In this document: positions 8,730 to 17,930 of the stretch, in pieces
Position numbering within the stretch: position 1 is the first letter of the stretch
How the letters are laid out: every line of letters begins with the position of its first letter
NCBI GenBank assembly: GCA_046290225.1
Contig: JBKAGE010000060.1
Coordinates: 1 to 57,238, forward strand
DNA: 57,238 nt
Direction of reading: 5' to 3'
Source: Bradymonadia bacterium
GTDB lineage: Bacteria; Myxococcota_A; Bradymonadia; UBA7976; UBA1532
The notes under the pieces: generated by a model
What the model was told of the DNA's origin: nothing
What the model saw: the letters and a program-made list of their open reading frames with translations, nothing else
Databases searched by the model: none
Made by a program: the position numbers and the translations under genes

Positions 8730-10340
8730 TTAGACCTCGACGTCGGCGATCATGATGGGGGGGTAGTGGAACATCGTGATGTCCGGCTCCATCTTGCCGA
8801 CGTGGCTGCGGGCCATATCGAGGGCCTCGTTGAGGTTGCGGGCGTGGGACCAGCCCAGCTGCTCGGGCACCCGGGTGTTCTCGGGGCCCACCATGATGAC
8901 CTTGCCCACGTGGGCCCGGCCGGCGTCGCCCCAGTACCACATGTAGAAGGGGTGCACCCCGTGGTAGGCGTTCCCCGTGCGGTACATCTGGATGTAGTCG
9001 GGGTTCCGGGCGAACTCTTCCTCGTACTTCTCGAGATCGTAGCTGCTGGTGCTGATGCTCAGCATGCGGTGATAGAACTCGACGTACGAGGGGTGATGGG
9101 TCTTGTTGAAGTCCTCGTGGCAGGGGTGGAACGCGATGATCACCCCGTCCTTCTTAATGAGCGGGTAGTTCCGGTACATGTTGAAGGCGTAGCCCAGCAA
9201 CATCACCTGGATCAGGATCGGGTTCAGGATGCTGTTGACGTTGTAGGGGCTGATGAAGGGCAGCCCCATCACCATGACGTCGGCCTGACCCTTCACCGGC
9301 ACCGCGTACTGGTCGAAGCACTTCTTGAGGATCTTCTCGTGGGTGGGCTCGGTCTTGCCGGCGTGCACCCCGGTGAGGCCGAAGGGCGCCGGCACCCGCT
9401 CGAAGACCGCCCGGCGACCGGCCTCGGGCAGGCGGTCGAGCAGGGCCCGCGTGGCCCCGAACTTGTTGCGGTCGAACTCAGACCAGCGGCTCTCGGGCTT
9501 GCCCAGGAACGCCATGGGCCCACCGTACATGTTGCTGTTGAGGGCGGTCTCGATGTGGAACACCTTCACGTGCTCGTCGACGATCTTGCCCATGCGGTTG
9601 CAGATCTTCGCCAGGCGAGAGGTCTCGGGGCGGGGATCCATGTAGCTGTGGCACTTGTGCATCACGTGAGTGTTGTGGTGCGACTTGATCGACTCGTAGT
9701 CGGCGAGGCCCACGGTGACGCTCTTGTGCCCACCGTCCATGGGCACGAGGTTCACGTTCACGTAGATGAGCAGATCGCTCTCGGCGCTCCGGCGGTGGAT
9801 GCGCACCTTCTCGCCGCGCTCGGTGACCCCCAGCTCGGCCATGCCATCCGGGTCTTCGGCGTCGAAGTTGTAGAGGCGGTCGGGCCAGTAGGCGTTGAAG
9901 ATCTTCTTGCCCACCATCCGCTTGACCTCAGGGCCGGTCATGTGACGGTGCAGGGCCACGGCGATGACGATCTCGATGTCGTCCACCCCGTGATCGGCGC
10001 ACAGCTTCAAGATCTCGGTGAGGATCACCTCACGGAGATCGGGCGTCACCATGGGGGGCAACGGCAAGCTGATGTCGTCGATGGCGATGGTGAGCTTCAT
10101 GCCCGGCTTGAGCTGGGCGTAGAGGGGCTCCATCTCCTCGGGGTTGTTCAGGGCGTACCGAATGGCCGCCAGGGGGTTCCCGAGGGGCTCCAGGGGCGGA
10201 TTCGGGTGAATCACGCGGGTCCCCCGGGGGAGCATGATCTCCTTGAACCGGGTGCCGTAGTGGACCATCCGGGGGCCGGACTTTTCGTCGATGAACTCGA
10301 TGTTGTCGGCGCGGGTGATGCGTGTGCGAGGTCGAGGCAT
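8730..10340 (-). CDS. Lactate racemase (LarA/DUF2088) domain protein in the elb-like operon
   Basis: IAIDDISLP, IVIAVALHRHMT and MDGGHKS resemble LarA N-terminal motifs; 4 nt gap to elbD. Confidence 0.75.
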   Translation of the reverse strand: MPRPRTRITRADNIEFIDEKSGPRMVHYGTRFKEIMLPRGTRVIHPNPPLEPLGNPLAAIRYALNNPEEMEPLYAQLKPGMKLTIAIDDISLPLPPMVTPDLREVILTEILKLCADHGVDDIEIVIAVALHRHMTGPEVKRMVGKKIFNAYWPDRLYNFDAEDPDGMAELGVTERGEKVRIHRRSAESDLLIYVNVNLVPMDGGHKSVTVGLADYESIKSHHNTHVMHKCHSYMDPRPETSRLAKICNRMGKIVDEHVKVFHIETALNSNMYGGPMAFLGKPESRWSEFDRNKFGATRALLDRLPEAGRRAVFERVPAPFGLTGVHAGKTEPTHEKILKKCFDQYAVPVKGQADVMVMGLPFISPYNVNSILNPILIQVMLLGYAFNMYRNYPLIKKDGVIIAFHPCHEDFNKTHHPSYVEFYHRMLSISTSSYDLEKYEEEFARNPDYIQMYRTGNAYHGVHPFYMWYWGDAGRAHVGKVIMVGPENTRVPEQLGWSHARNLNEALDMARSHVGKMEPDITMFHYPPIMIADVEV

Positions 10341-10414
10341 TTCAGTTCCTGAAGATGAGAGGCCCGAGGGTCACCCGGGGGAGAAAAAGAAGATGGGGGG
10401 CGTGGGCCGACACG

Positions 10415-11083
10415 TCAGTCTTTGCCGGTGTCGATGATGGCCCAGTCATGGGCCTTCGCCGTGGTGCGCAGCGAGAAGTCGGGGTTCACCGCCACAGGGC
10501 GCCCCACGGTGCTGAGCATCGGCACGTCGCTCGCCGAGTCGGCGTAGGCGCGGCACCGCTCGAGATCGAGATCGTGCTCTCGGGCGTACTGCCGCACGAT
10601 GCGGGCCTTCTCGGGGCCGGCGAGCACGGGGGGCAGCATGCGGCCGGTGGCCACGCCGTCGACGATCTCGAGGCGGTTGGCGAACCAGTCGTCGACGCCG
10701 AGGTACTCGGCCATGGGGGCCACCATGGTGTCGAGGGCCCCAGTGATGATCACCTGCCGAAAGCCCTCGGCCTTCGACCGCTCGATGAGCTCTTTCATCT
10801 CGGGGAAGATGGCCTTGCGCATCACCCGATCGAACATCTCTTCACCGAGCACGACGAGGCGGTCCTCGGTCATCCCCTTGTAATTCTTGTAGAAGATGTC
10901 GTTGAAGAACTTGCGCCCCACCTTGTCGGCGACGGCGTAGAACGGCAGTGAGGCGGCCAGGCCAAGGGCCCGGCCCACTTTGCCGGAGAGGCTGGGCACG
11001 TTGACGGCATAATATGCATACGTATGAATAACGTTGGTGCTGACCAGGGTGCCGTCGACGTCATAAAACGCCGCTGCCTGCAT
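10415..11083 (-). CDS. HAD-superfamily subfamily IB hydrolase (SerB-like phosphatase), 222 aa
   Basis: AAFYDVDGTL (motif I), IITGA (II), GPEK (III), YADSASDVPML (IV), AVNPD. Start moved to ATG 11083, which follows GGAG. Confidence 0.9.
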   Translation of the reverse strand: MQAAAFYDVDGTLVSTNVIHTYAYYAVNVPSLSGKVGRALGLAASLPFYAVADKVGRKFFNDIFYKNYKGMTEDRLVVLGEEMFDRVMRKAIFPEMKELIERSKAEGFRQVIITGALDTMVAPMAEYLGVDDWFANRLEIVDGVATGRMLPPVLAGPEKARIVRQYAREHDLDLERCRAYADSASDVPMLSTVGRPVAVNPDFSLRTTAKAHDWAIIDTGKD

Positions 11084-11126
11084 AAACGCTCCAAATGTGA
11101 GGCGCTCGGGAGGTGGTCTCGCCCAC

Positions 11127-11146
11127 CCGATCGAGGGTTCGATCGG
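11127..11146. promoter_or_regulatory. Perfect 8-bp inverted repeat in the elb operon leader (operator or RNA hairpin)
   Basis: CCGATCGA-gggt-TCGATCGG, located between the predicted promoter and the RBS. Confidence 0.4.
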
Positions 11147-11183
11147 CGGTGAAGCCCACCACACCGGGCATTTTCGCGCGCGG

Positions 11184-11212
11184 ACGTTAACCCGGGGGTG
11201 GTCCAGTGGCAA
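11184..11212 (-). promoter_or_regulatory. Sigma70-type promoter for the elb-like operon
   Basis: Minus strand TTGCCA (11212-11207), 17 nt spacer, TAACGT (11189-11184); about 100 nt upstream of the HAD start. Confidence 0.55.
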
Positions 11213-11381
11213 GGGCCACAGCGACACCCGCTGCAGACTCTGTGCAATGACGGATACTTGCAGCCTCGGAGACACTCTGGTGAAGCCCCGATGACGTAGC
11301 TGTGACATGGCGCGAGGTGCCCCGAGGCCCGCGCCGAACGCCCCGAGCACTTCTCAACTCGAGCCTCTGTGAGCGCCCTGC

Positions 11382-12410
11382 ATGCACACCGGAAAACGAT
11401 TTCGCCTCGTCAGCACCCTGCGCTGGTCCGCCCTCGACTGGGCCCTGCCCCTGGGATGGGCCGCTGTGGTGACGACTTTATATGTGACCCTCGACCTCAG
11501 CTGGCTGCAGATCCCCTGGCTGCCCATCTCCATGGTGGGCGTGGCGGTGGCTTTTTATCTGGGCTTCAAGAACAACGCCTCGTACGACCGCACTTGGGAG
11601 GCCCGTAAAATCTGGGGGGCCATCGTCAATGCCAGCCGATCGTGGGCGTTCTCGTCGCGGGACTTCGTCACCGGCCGCTGGATGGAGGGCCGCACCGCTG
11701 ATCCACGAGAGGTGCTCAAGATCAGGCACGAGCTGGTCCGTCGCCACATCGCCTGGATGGACGCTCTGCGCCATCAGCTGCGCAAGCTCAAGAGCTGGGA
11801 GCACCAGGGCCGGTCATATGATCGGTACCGCGAGTTCATCCGTCCTGCAGAGTACGACGAGGACCTCAAAGAGGTGCTCGCAGGTCATCTCGGCGATGAA
11901 GAGGCCGCCGAGGTGATGGCGCAGATCAACCCCGCAGCCCATCTACTGTCGAACCAGTCCCGTCGCCTGGCCGAGCTGTTCGACCAGGGTTACATCGATG
12001 ACTTCCGCCACATGGAGCTACAGAAACTGCTCATCGAGCTGATGACGCAGCAAGGCAAGGCGGAGCGCATCAAGAACTTCCCGTTCCCTCGCCAGTACGC
12101 CACGGTGAACAGTTATTTCGCAGCGTTACTCGTGGGGCTGATCCCCTTTGGGCTGTGCCGCGAGTTCTCCACGATCAGCCCCGACATGCCTGAGCTGGTG
12201 TGGCTGGCGATCCCCTTTACGTCGATCGTGGGCTGGGTGTTCCTGACGACGAGCCGCATCGGCGAATGGAGCGAGAACCCCTTCGAGGGCCTGGTGAACG
12301 ATGTGCCGATCACTTCGATGGCCCGAGGGATCGAGCGGGACATGCTGCAGATGGCGGGCATCGAAGAGCTGCCCCCACCCCGAGAGATGCAGGGCGTGTT
12401 TCAGATGTGA
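11382..12410 (+). CDS. Bestrophin-family (YneE-like) membrane channel
   Basis: FYLGFKNNASYDRTWEARKIWGAIVN, ERIKNFPFP and ENPFEG...DVP motifs; TM helices. Confidence 0.9.
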   Translation: MHTGKRFRLVSTLRWSALDWALPLGWAAVVTTLYVTLDLSWLQIPWLPISMVGVAVAFYLGFKNNASYDRTWEARKIWGAIVNASRSWAFSSRDFVTGRWMEGRTADPREVLKIRHELVRRHIAWMDALRHQLRKLKSWEHQGRSYDRYREFIRPAEYDEDLKEVLAGHLGDEEAAEVMAQINPAAHLLSNQSRRLAELFDQGYIDDFRHMELQKLLIELMTQQGKAERIKNFPFPRQYATVNSYFAALLVGLIPFGLCREFSTISPDMPELVWLAIPFTSIVGWVFLTTSRIGEWSENPFEGLVNDVPITSMARGIERDMLQMAGIEELPPPREMQGVFQM

Positions 12411-12851
12411 TCAGCGTACAATCTTGATCCACGCGATGAGGCTCTGAATCTGAGCCTCGGTGAGGTCGTCTTTGAACGAGGGCATCGCTGCTGGATAGCC
12501 CTCGGTGATTTTATCCCTGGGGTCGATCATCGCGATCCTCAGGTATGCCTCGTCCACTTTCGCGGTGGTGCCGTCTGTGTGTTTCTTCTCCGAGCCGAAG
12601 ATTCCCTTGAAGGTGCTGCCTACGATGCGCGTGCCGTCGACAGAGTGGCAGGGGCGACAATATTGGGTGTAGAGGTGTTTGCCCTCGACGAGCTGCGGTG
12701 ACAAAGGTGTCTGCTCTTGTGGCGCCGTGGGCTGGCTCGAGGGCTGGCTCGTCGGCGGCTCTGAGGTTTGGGCGTGAGCGAAGTGAGCGATGGTCGTCAC
12801 CATGGCGAAGCACACACTGAAGCGTTTTTTGGGGGCCTTGAGCGAGTGCAT
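12411..12851 (-). CDS. Exported monoheme cytochrome c (resembles the cytochrome c domain of caa3 oxidase subunit II)
   Basis: Signal peptide ending AHA; CRPCH; GSTFKG; DEAYLR; distal Met in AMPSF. Confidence 0.85.
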   Translation of the reverse strand: MHSLKAPKKRFSVCFAMVTTIAHFAHAQTSEPPTSQPSSQPTAPQEQTPLSPQLVEGKHLYTQYCRPCHSVDGTRIVGSTFKGIFGSEKKHTDGTTAKVDEAYLRIAMIDPRDKITEGYPAAMPSFKDDLTEAQIQSLIAWIKIVR

Positions 12852-13031
12852 GACACTCCCTGTATCGATGAGTATTGAGTGCTCTCTTGAGTATATCGGA
12901 CCCGTGTCATCTCACCCATAGGCAAAGTCTCTGTGTGAGGTTGGGATCTCATCACTGTCAGCATCACCACGAGGGGACTGTTCACACAAATTCATGGTGC
13001 GCCTTCTGCGCACTGGCTAACCTCCAGCGCT

Positions 13032-14204
13032 ATGAAGACATTCAAACGCTGGCTACGCCGATTGTTGTACGCACTGCTCATTCTCACGGGCCTCGCCGTC
13101 GTCGCCGGGGCCATCATGATTGCCACCGGGTGGACCGCCATGGGCACCCGAGCCACCGGGGAGCGCAAGGCACGGATGGAGGCCTCGCCCCAGTGGTCCG
13201 AAGATCACTTCGTCGATGTCATGCCTCGCATCGATCCACCCATGGCAAAGGCCGCCTGGGCCTTCTTCACTCAAGGCAGCGATCACCGTGAGCCTGTGGT
13301 GAAGATCCCCGTGCAGCAACGGAGCAAGTCCGATTTTGCTCAGCCCCCCGCCTCAGGCCTGCGCATCACGTGGTTGGGCCACAGCACCTTCATCATCGAG
13401 ATCGGTGGCAAGCGCTTGCTCGTCGACCCGGTGTGGGGTGATCGGGCGTCGCCCTTCACCTGGGCAGGGCCCAAGCGGTTCTACCCACCGCCGTTGCCCT
13501 TCGAGGAGCTGCCGGAGATCGACGCCGTGGTCATCAGCCACGACCACTACGATCACCTCGATCACCCCACCATCGTGAAGCTCATCGAGAAGAACGTACC
13601 TTTCATCGTGCCTTTGGGCATCGGCGCCCACCTCGAGTATTGGGGCATGCCTGCTGATCGCATCCACGAGTTGGAGTGGTGGCAGGAGCACAACCTGGGC
13701 ACGGTGAGGCTGGTCTCCACGCCGTGCCGCCACTTCTCAGGGCGCTTTATGCTCGATAAAGACGCCACGCTTTGGACAAGCTGGGCCTTCATCAGTGACG
13801 AGCACCGGGTCTACTTCTCCGGTGACACGGCCATGTTCCCGGGCTTTACGGAGATCGGCGAGAAGCTGGGGCCCTTCGACGTGACCCTCATGGAGTCCGG
13901 GGCGTACAACGCGCTGTGGGCTGACGTGCACCTGGGCCCTGAGCAGGCTGTGAAGGCCCATCAGATGGTGAAGGGCAGGCTGATGATGCCGGTGCACTGG
14001 GGTCTGTTCGACCTGGCCCTGCACGGTTGGACTGAGCCCATGGAGCGGGTGCTGGTGGCGGCGAAGGCTGCTGGAGTGCCTGTGGTGACGCCGCAGCCTG
14101 GCGGTCAAATCGAGCCTGGAGTGACGCAGCCCACTGAGAAGTGGTGGCCCGAGGTGCCGTGGGACACTGCGGAGCAGGCGCCGGTCAAATCTTCTGGGCT
14201 CTGA
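13032..14204 (+). CDS. MBL-fold metallo-hydrolase, RomA/NAPE-PLD-like
   Basis: WLGHS, DPVW, ISHDHYDHLD, FSGDT and PVHWG motifs; N-terminal membrane anchor. Confidence 0.9.
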   Translation: MKTFKRWLRRLLYALLILTGLAVVAGAIMIATGWTAMGTRATGERKARMEASPQWSEDHFVDVMPRIDPPMAKAAWAFFTQGSDHREPVVKIPVQQRSKSDFAQPPASGLRITWLGHSTFIIEIGGKRLLVDPVWGDRASPFTWAGPKRFYPPPLPFEELPEIDAVVISHDHYDHLDHPTIVKLIEKNVPFIVPLGIGAHLEYWGMPADRIHELEWWQEHNLGTVRLVSTPCRHFSGRFMLDKDATLWTSWAFISDEHRVYFSGDTAMFPGFTEIGEKLGPFDVTLMESGAYNALWADVHLGPEQAVKAHQMVKGRLMMPVHWGLFDLALHGWTEPMERVLVAAKAAGVPVVTPQPGGQIEPGVTQPTEKWWPEVPWDTAEQAPVKSSGL

Positions 14205-14245
14205 GCGCCCTCTGGATTCGGATTGAGTCGGGAGGACGATGAGCT

Positions 14246-15511
14246 TTATCTCGAAGCCCGCTCGATGCTCTCCATCAAGGTGACGAACCCTGGCCGCTTC
14301 GAGCCATCTGACCAGCGGAGCAGGCCATACGTCTCCATCGCCTCCCTGAGGATCTCGCACAGATCCAGAAAGCCTTCGGCGCACAGTAAGTCAGCGATGA
14401 GATCTGCTTCGTTCGGGCCGAAATCCAGCAAGGTGAACCAGTAGGCTGCGCGGTAGGTCTCCGGGGCGGCTTCGAACCGTGCCAGCACCTGAGCCAGGAA
14501 GGCCTGCTGCTCCGCGTCGCTGCCAGCGAGTCGGCGGGCCTCTGGATCAGCGTATGCCGCCGAGCAGCCCAGCTCCTGGAAGATGATCGGGCGGCCGTCG
14601 GCGAGGGCCTCCATGGCGTCGAGATCGGCGTCGACCTCTGCGGGCGTCTTCACGCGGTTGTCCACCGTCTGACAGTAGTAGTTGATCGACAAGAAGTCGT
14701 TGTGGGCCACGATGGGGGGCGCATAGTCGCCCGTGACGGCTCCGAGGGTGAGGGTCATCGACATCGACATGCGAGGCTCGAGATCCCGGAAGATCCTGTG
14801 GGCAGCTTCAGTAAAGCCGGCCACTTCAGCGCCGAGCTCCGGCCGATCCACGATGGTGTTGTCGGGCTCATTGCCAACAGCCACCGCAAATACGCCGCGT
14901 TCGACGAGTTTGGGCACGAGCCATGTGAGGAGCGCCTCGAAGCGCTGCAGAATCACTGGATCGTCGAAGGCTCGGTCTTCAGCGAGGGTCAGCTCGTCTT
15001 CGATGAGATCGGCAGGGATCTCGAAGCTCGAGGAGTCGATGGTCTCCAGGGTCAGAAAGATCGAGAGACCCTCGGCGCGCAAGGGGGCGAGCGTCTCGTC
15101 GAGGGCGGCCTCGTCGAAGACGCCAGGGCTGGGCTCCAGATCAGCCCACGAGAGCTGCGCGCGCCCCACCTGCATCCCTGCAGACAAGAGTTCACCCCAC
15201 GCGGCCTCCACGGCGTCGCGGTTGGCGGCGATCAGCGGTGAGAAGCCGATGATCGCGCTGGGGTGAAACCCCTCGGGCATGAGAGACAGCGGAGCAGGGT
15301 CGTCGGCCCCTGCATCTGGGGCCTCACTGCCCATGTCGGGTGCGTCGGCCATCATGTCAGGTGAGATGCCCTGGTCAGGCATCTCCATCACCACAGCATC
15401 GGGCTGCGATGCATCGATGTTCTGAGCTGAGTCGTCATCGTCACATGCGATGAGCAGGGCGCTGAGCAGCGCCCAAGGCACGATGGCGCGAGGAAGGTGG
15501 TTGAGTGTCAT
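14246..15511 (-). CDS. Lipoprotein with clan GH-A-like glycoside hydrolase TIM barrel
   Basis: Lipobox LIAC-DDDD; Pro/Asp/Met linker; WADLEP..G; VGNEP (acid/base); INYY; IFQELG (nucleophile). Confidence 0.65.
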   Translation of the reverse strand: MTLNHLPRAIVPWALLSALLIACDDDDSAQNIDASQPDAVVMEMPDQGISPDMMADAPDMGSEAPDAGADDPAPLSLMPEGFHPSAIIGFSPLIAANRDAVEAAWGELLSAGMQVGRAQLSWADLEPSPGVFDEAALDETLAPLRAEGLSIFLTLETIDSSSFEIPADLIEDELTLAEDRAFDDPVILQRFEALLTWLVPKLVERGVFAVAVGNEPDNTIVDRPELGAEVAGFTEAAHRIFRDLEPRMSMSMTLTLGAVTGDYAPPIVAHNDFLSINYYCQTVDNRVKTPAEVDADLDAMEALADGRPIIFQELGCSAAYADPEARRLAGSDAEQQAFLAQVLARFEAAPETYRAAYWFTLLDFGPNEADLIADLLCAEGFLDLCEILREAMETYGLLRWSDGSKRPGFVTLMESIERASR

Positions 15512-15581
15512 CGCCGGCCTGAAGAGGTGGTGTGTTCGCCTCTTCTACGGGCATGGGCGACCGATATTCTATGAGGTTGTG

Positions 15582-16430
15582 TCAGAGCGCGGCGCGGAGC
15601 ATCTCAACGTAGCGGTCGAGAGCCTGCTCGCCGCCCAAGTCGAAGAACAGTGATGGCTCGATCAGCTCCAGCTCCGCCACCATTGGCGCATCGGCATCAT
15701 TCCGGACCAAGTCGATGCGGGCATATCGGGGCTGGCCGAGTGCCACAGGGATCGCCGCCAGGGCCATCTCGGCCACTTCGGCCTCTTCTGGAGCGATGGG
15801 GTGGGGGCCCAAGACCGACTCGTCTTCGCCAGAGAAGCGCGGACGCTTAAGCACGCAGTGAGTCAGCTCGCCGTCGATCCAGATCAGAGAGCGCTCCCCA
15901 TAGGTGTTCACCGATTCGATGAAGGGCTGCACCATCAAGTCTGTGGTGGGCCCGAGCCGGCGGGCCACTTCGAGCAGCTCAGCGGGGGCGCCGAAGTGCG
16001 TCTCGTGAGAGCCTGCAGAGATCGCCGGCTTCACCACCACGTGAGCCCAGCCCTTCTCGGCGCAGAGATCTGTGAGATCGAGGGAGACCCCCGCAGGCAG
16101 GTACACCGTGGGCGTCACTGGCACTCCGGCGCCGATGAGGGCGGCAAGGTAGGCCTTGTGCAGGTTCCATTTCACCAGTGAGGGTGGGTTGAGCACGGTG
16201 GTCACTGCAGCGGTCGTGTCGAGCCACGCTTCGAAACCAGCAGGATCAGAATAGTAGTTCCAGGTGGAGCGGATCACCGTGAGCGGGCTCGTGGACCAGT
16301 CCACTGACGAATCGTCCCAGGCCACCCATCGGTGACTCAGGCCGGCGGCCTCAAGGGCTGCGCTCAGAGGGGCTGCGTCAGGGTCTGGCTCGGGCAGATG
16401 GGCGCAGGTGACGAGGGTGATGTCGGTCAT
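15582..16430 (-). CDS. ATP-grasp protein (RimK/glutathione synthetase-like)
   Basis: IRSTWNY, WNLHKAYL, VVKPAISAG, MVQPF, YARIDL and ELELIEPSLF. Confidence 0.85.
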   Translation of the reverse strand: MTDITLVTCAHLPEPDPDAAPLSAALEAAGLSHRWVAWDDSSVDWSTSPLTVIRSTWNYYSDPAGFEAWLDTTAAVTTVLNPPSLVKWNLHKAYLAALIGAGVPVTPTVYLPAGVSLDLTDLCAEKGWAHVVVKPAISAGSHETHFGAPAELLEVARRLGPTTDLMVQPFIESVNTYGERSLIWIDGELTHCVLKRPRFSGEDESVLGPHPIAPEEAEVAEMALAAIPVALGQPRYARIDLVRNDADAPMVAELELIEPSLFFDLGGEQALDRYVEMLRAAL

Positions 16431-16436
16431 GGGATC

Positions 16437-17930
16437 TCAGCGGCCGTAGAGGCCCACCATGTGCCGCAGGTTCGCGGCGCGATCAGGGGAGAGGGCGTAC
16501 GCCGGCATGCGCCAGCTCCAGTTGCCCGAGGGCTTCGAGGGCACGTTCATTCGGGCCTCAGTGCCCAGGAACAGCAGGTCTTGCATCGGCACCACGGCCA
16601 GATCACACACCGAGGCGAAGGCCGACTGCATCAGCCGCCAAATCACGTCGTGACCGTCGAAGGCGAAGTAGCGCCGCACATGATCTCGCACGTGCTCTGG
16701 CGCGTGGGTCCACCAGCCGCCTGTGGTGTCATTGTCGTGGGTGCCGGTGTAGACAACGGCGTTGGGCACGTGGTTGTGGGGCAGGTAGGGCTGATCGGGG
16801 CCCTCGCCGAAGGCGAAGTGCAGCACGTTCATGCCCGGGAGGCCCACAGCGTCGCGCAAAGCCACGACGGCGTCGTCGATGATGCCCAGATCTTCCGCGA
16901 TGATGGGCAGATCGCCAAAGGCCGCCCGCAGCGCGTCGAAGAGCGCGGTGCCAGGACCCTCGATCCAGTGGCCCGAGCGTGCATCTTCGGCATCTGCGGG
17001 GACCGACCAGTAGGCGGCGAAGCCTCGGAAATGATCGATGCGCACCTTGTCGACCTGGGTGAGCACACGACGCATGCGGTCGATCCACCACTGGTAACCG
17101 CCCGCGTCGAGGACGTCCCAGCGGTAGGTGGGGTTGCCCCAGAGCTGGCCGGTGGCACTGAATGCGTCCGGGGGCACACCCGCTTGAGAGAGGCGCTCGC
17201 CCTCAGGGCTCAAGTGGAAGATCTCGCGGTTGCACCAGACGTCGACGCTGTCCCAGTCCACATAGATCGGCACATCGCCGATGATGCCTACGCCCTTGCT
17301 GTTGGCGTAGGCCTTCAGGCGCTGCCACTGGCGCTCGAAGAAGAACTGCGTGACCACCACCTCGTCGATCTCGGCCTTGAGGGTGTTGCCCATGAGGGCC
17401 ATGGCCTTGGGCTGTCGATCGCGCAAGGCTGCTGGCCAGCGCCACCAGGGCTGATCACCAGAGTGCACGTGCAGGGCATAGAAGAGCGCGGCGTCTTCCA
17501 CCCACGGATTCTCGGTGCGGAAGGCTTCGAGGGCGGGGCGCCAGGGATGATCGGGGGTAGCCAGCAGACGCTCGGCGGCCTCTTTGAGGCGAGGGGCTTT
17601 GAGGGCCTTCACCGCTTCGTAGTCCACCGGGCCGTCATGGGGGCTCTGGGCTCGAGGCAAGTCGTCGAGCAGGCCGCCATCGGCGAGGTCCCGCAGATCG
17701 ATCATCCAGGGGCTGCCACACTGAGCAGACCATGAAGAATAGGGGCTGTCACCGGGGCCTGGGGGCACCAGGGGCAGAATCTGCCACCACTTCACTCCGG
17801 CGTCGGCGAGCCAGTCGACGAAGCGGGTGGCTTCGGCGCCGAAGTCACCGATGCCGTGGGGGCTGGGCAGGCTGGTGGGGTGCAGCAGCACCCCGGCGGA
17901 GCGGGTGGAGGAGGCGGGCATGTCTACCAT
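16437..17930 (-). CDS. malQ: 4-alpha-glucanotransferase (amylomaltase, GH77)
   Basis: GVLLHPTSLP, WQILPL, SPY, GVPPDAFSATGQLWGNP, RIDHFRG, AEDLG, YTGTHDNDT and RMNVP...GNW. Confidence 0.97.
   Translation of the reverse strand: MVDMPASSTRSAGVLLHPTSLPSPHGIGDFGAEATRFVDWLADAGVKWWQILPLVPPGPGDSPYSSWSAQCGSPWMIDLRDLADGGLLDDLPRAQSPHDGPVDYEAVKALKAPRLKEAAERLLATPDHPWRPALEAFRTENPWVEDAALFYALHVHSGDQPWWRWPAALRDRQPKAMALMGNTLKAEIDEVVVTQFFFERQWQRLKAYANSKGVGIIGDVPIYVDWDSVDVWCNREIFHLSPEGERLSQAGVPPDAFSATGQLWGNPTYRWDVLDAGGYQWWIDRMRRVLTQVDKVRIDHFRGFAAYWSVPADAEDARSGHWIEGPGTALFDALRAAFGDLPIIAEDLGIIDDAVVALRDAVGLPGMNVLHFAFGEGPDQPYLPHNHVPNAVVYTGTHDNDTTGGWWTHAPEHVRDHVRRYFAFDGHDVIWRLMQSAFASVCDLAVVPMQDLLFLGTEARMNVPSKPSGNWSWRMPAYALSPDRAANLRHMVGLYGR

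Noticed and set aside
4031..8755. 1574-aa plus-strand ORF
   Set aside because: Antisense shadow of elbD caused by high-GC codon bias; no motifs.
8355..10352. 665-aa plus-strand ORF and similar shadows (1720-3036, 16332-17735, 17732-19282, 19906-21591, 50005-52158, 52234-53499)
   Set aside because: Each overlaps a motif-supported gene on the opposite strand and has no recognisable domain.
11084..11350. 89-aa N-terminal extension of the HAD ORF
   Set aside because: HAD motif I lies right after Met at 11083, which has a GGAG RBS; the extension covers the promoter region.
12995..13009. Sigma54-like TGGTGCG-N4-CTGC before the MBL gene
   Set aside because: Spacing fits but the match is weak, it overlaps a GC palindrome expected by chance, and it would leave an ~11-nt leader.
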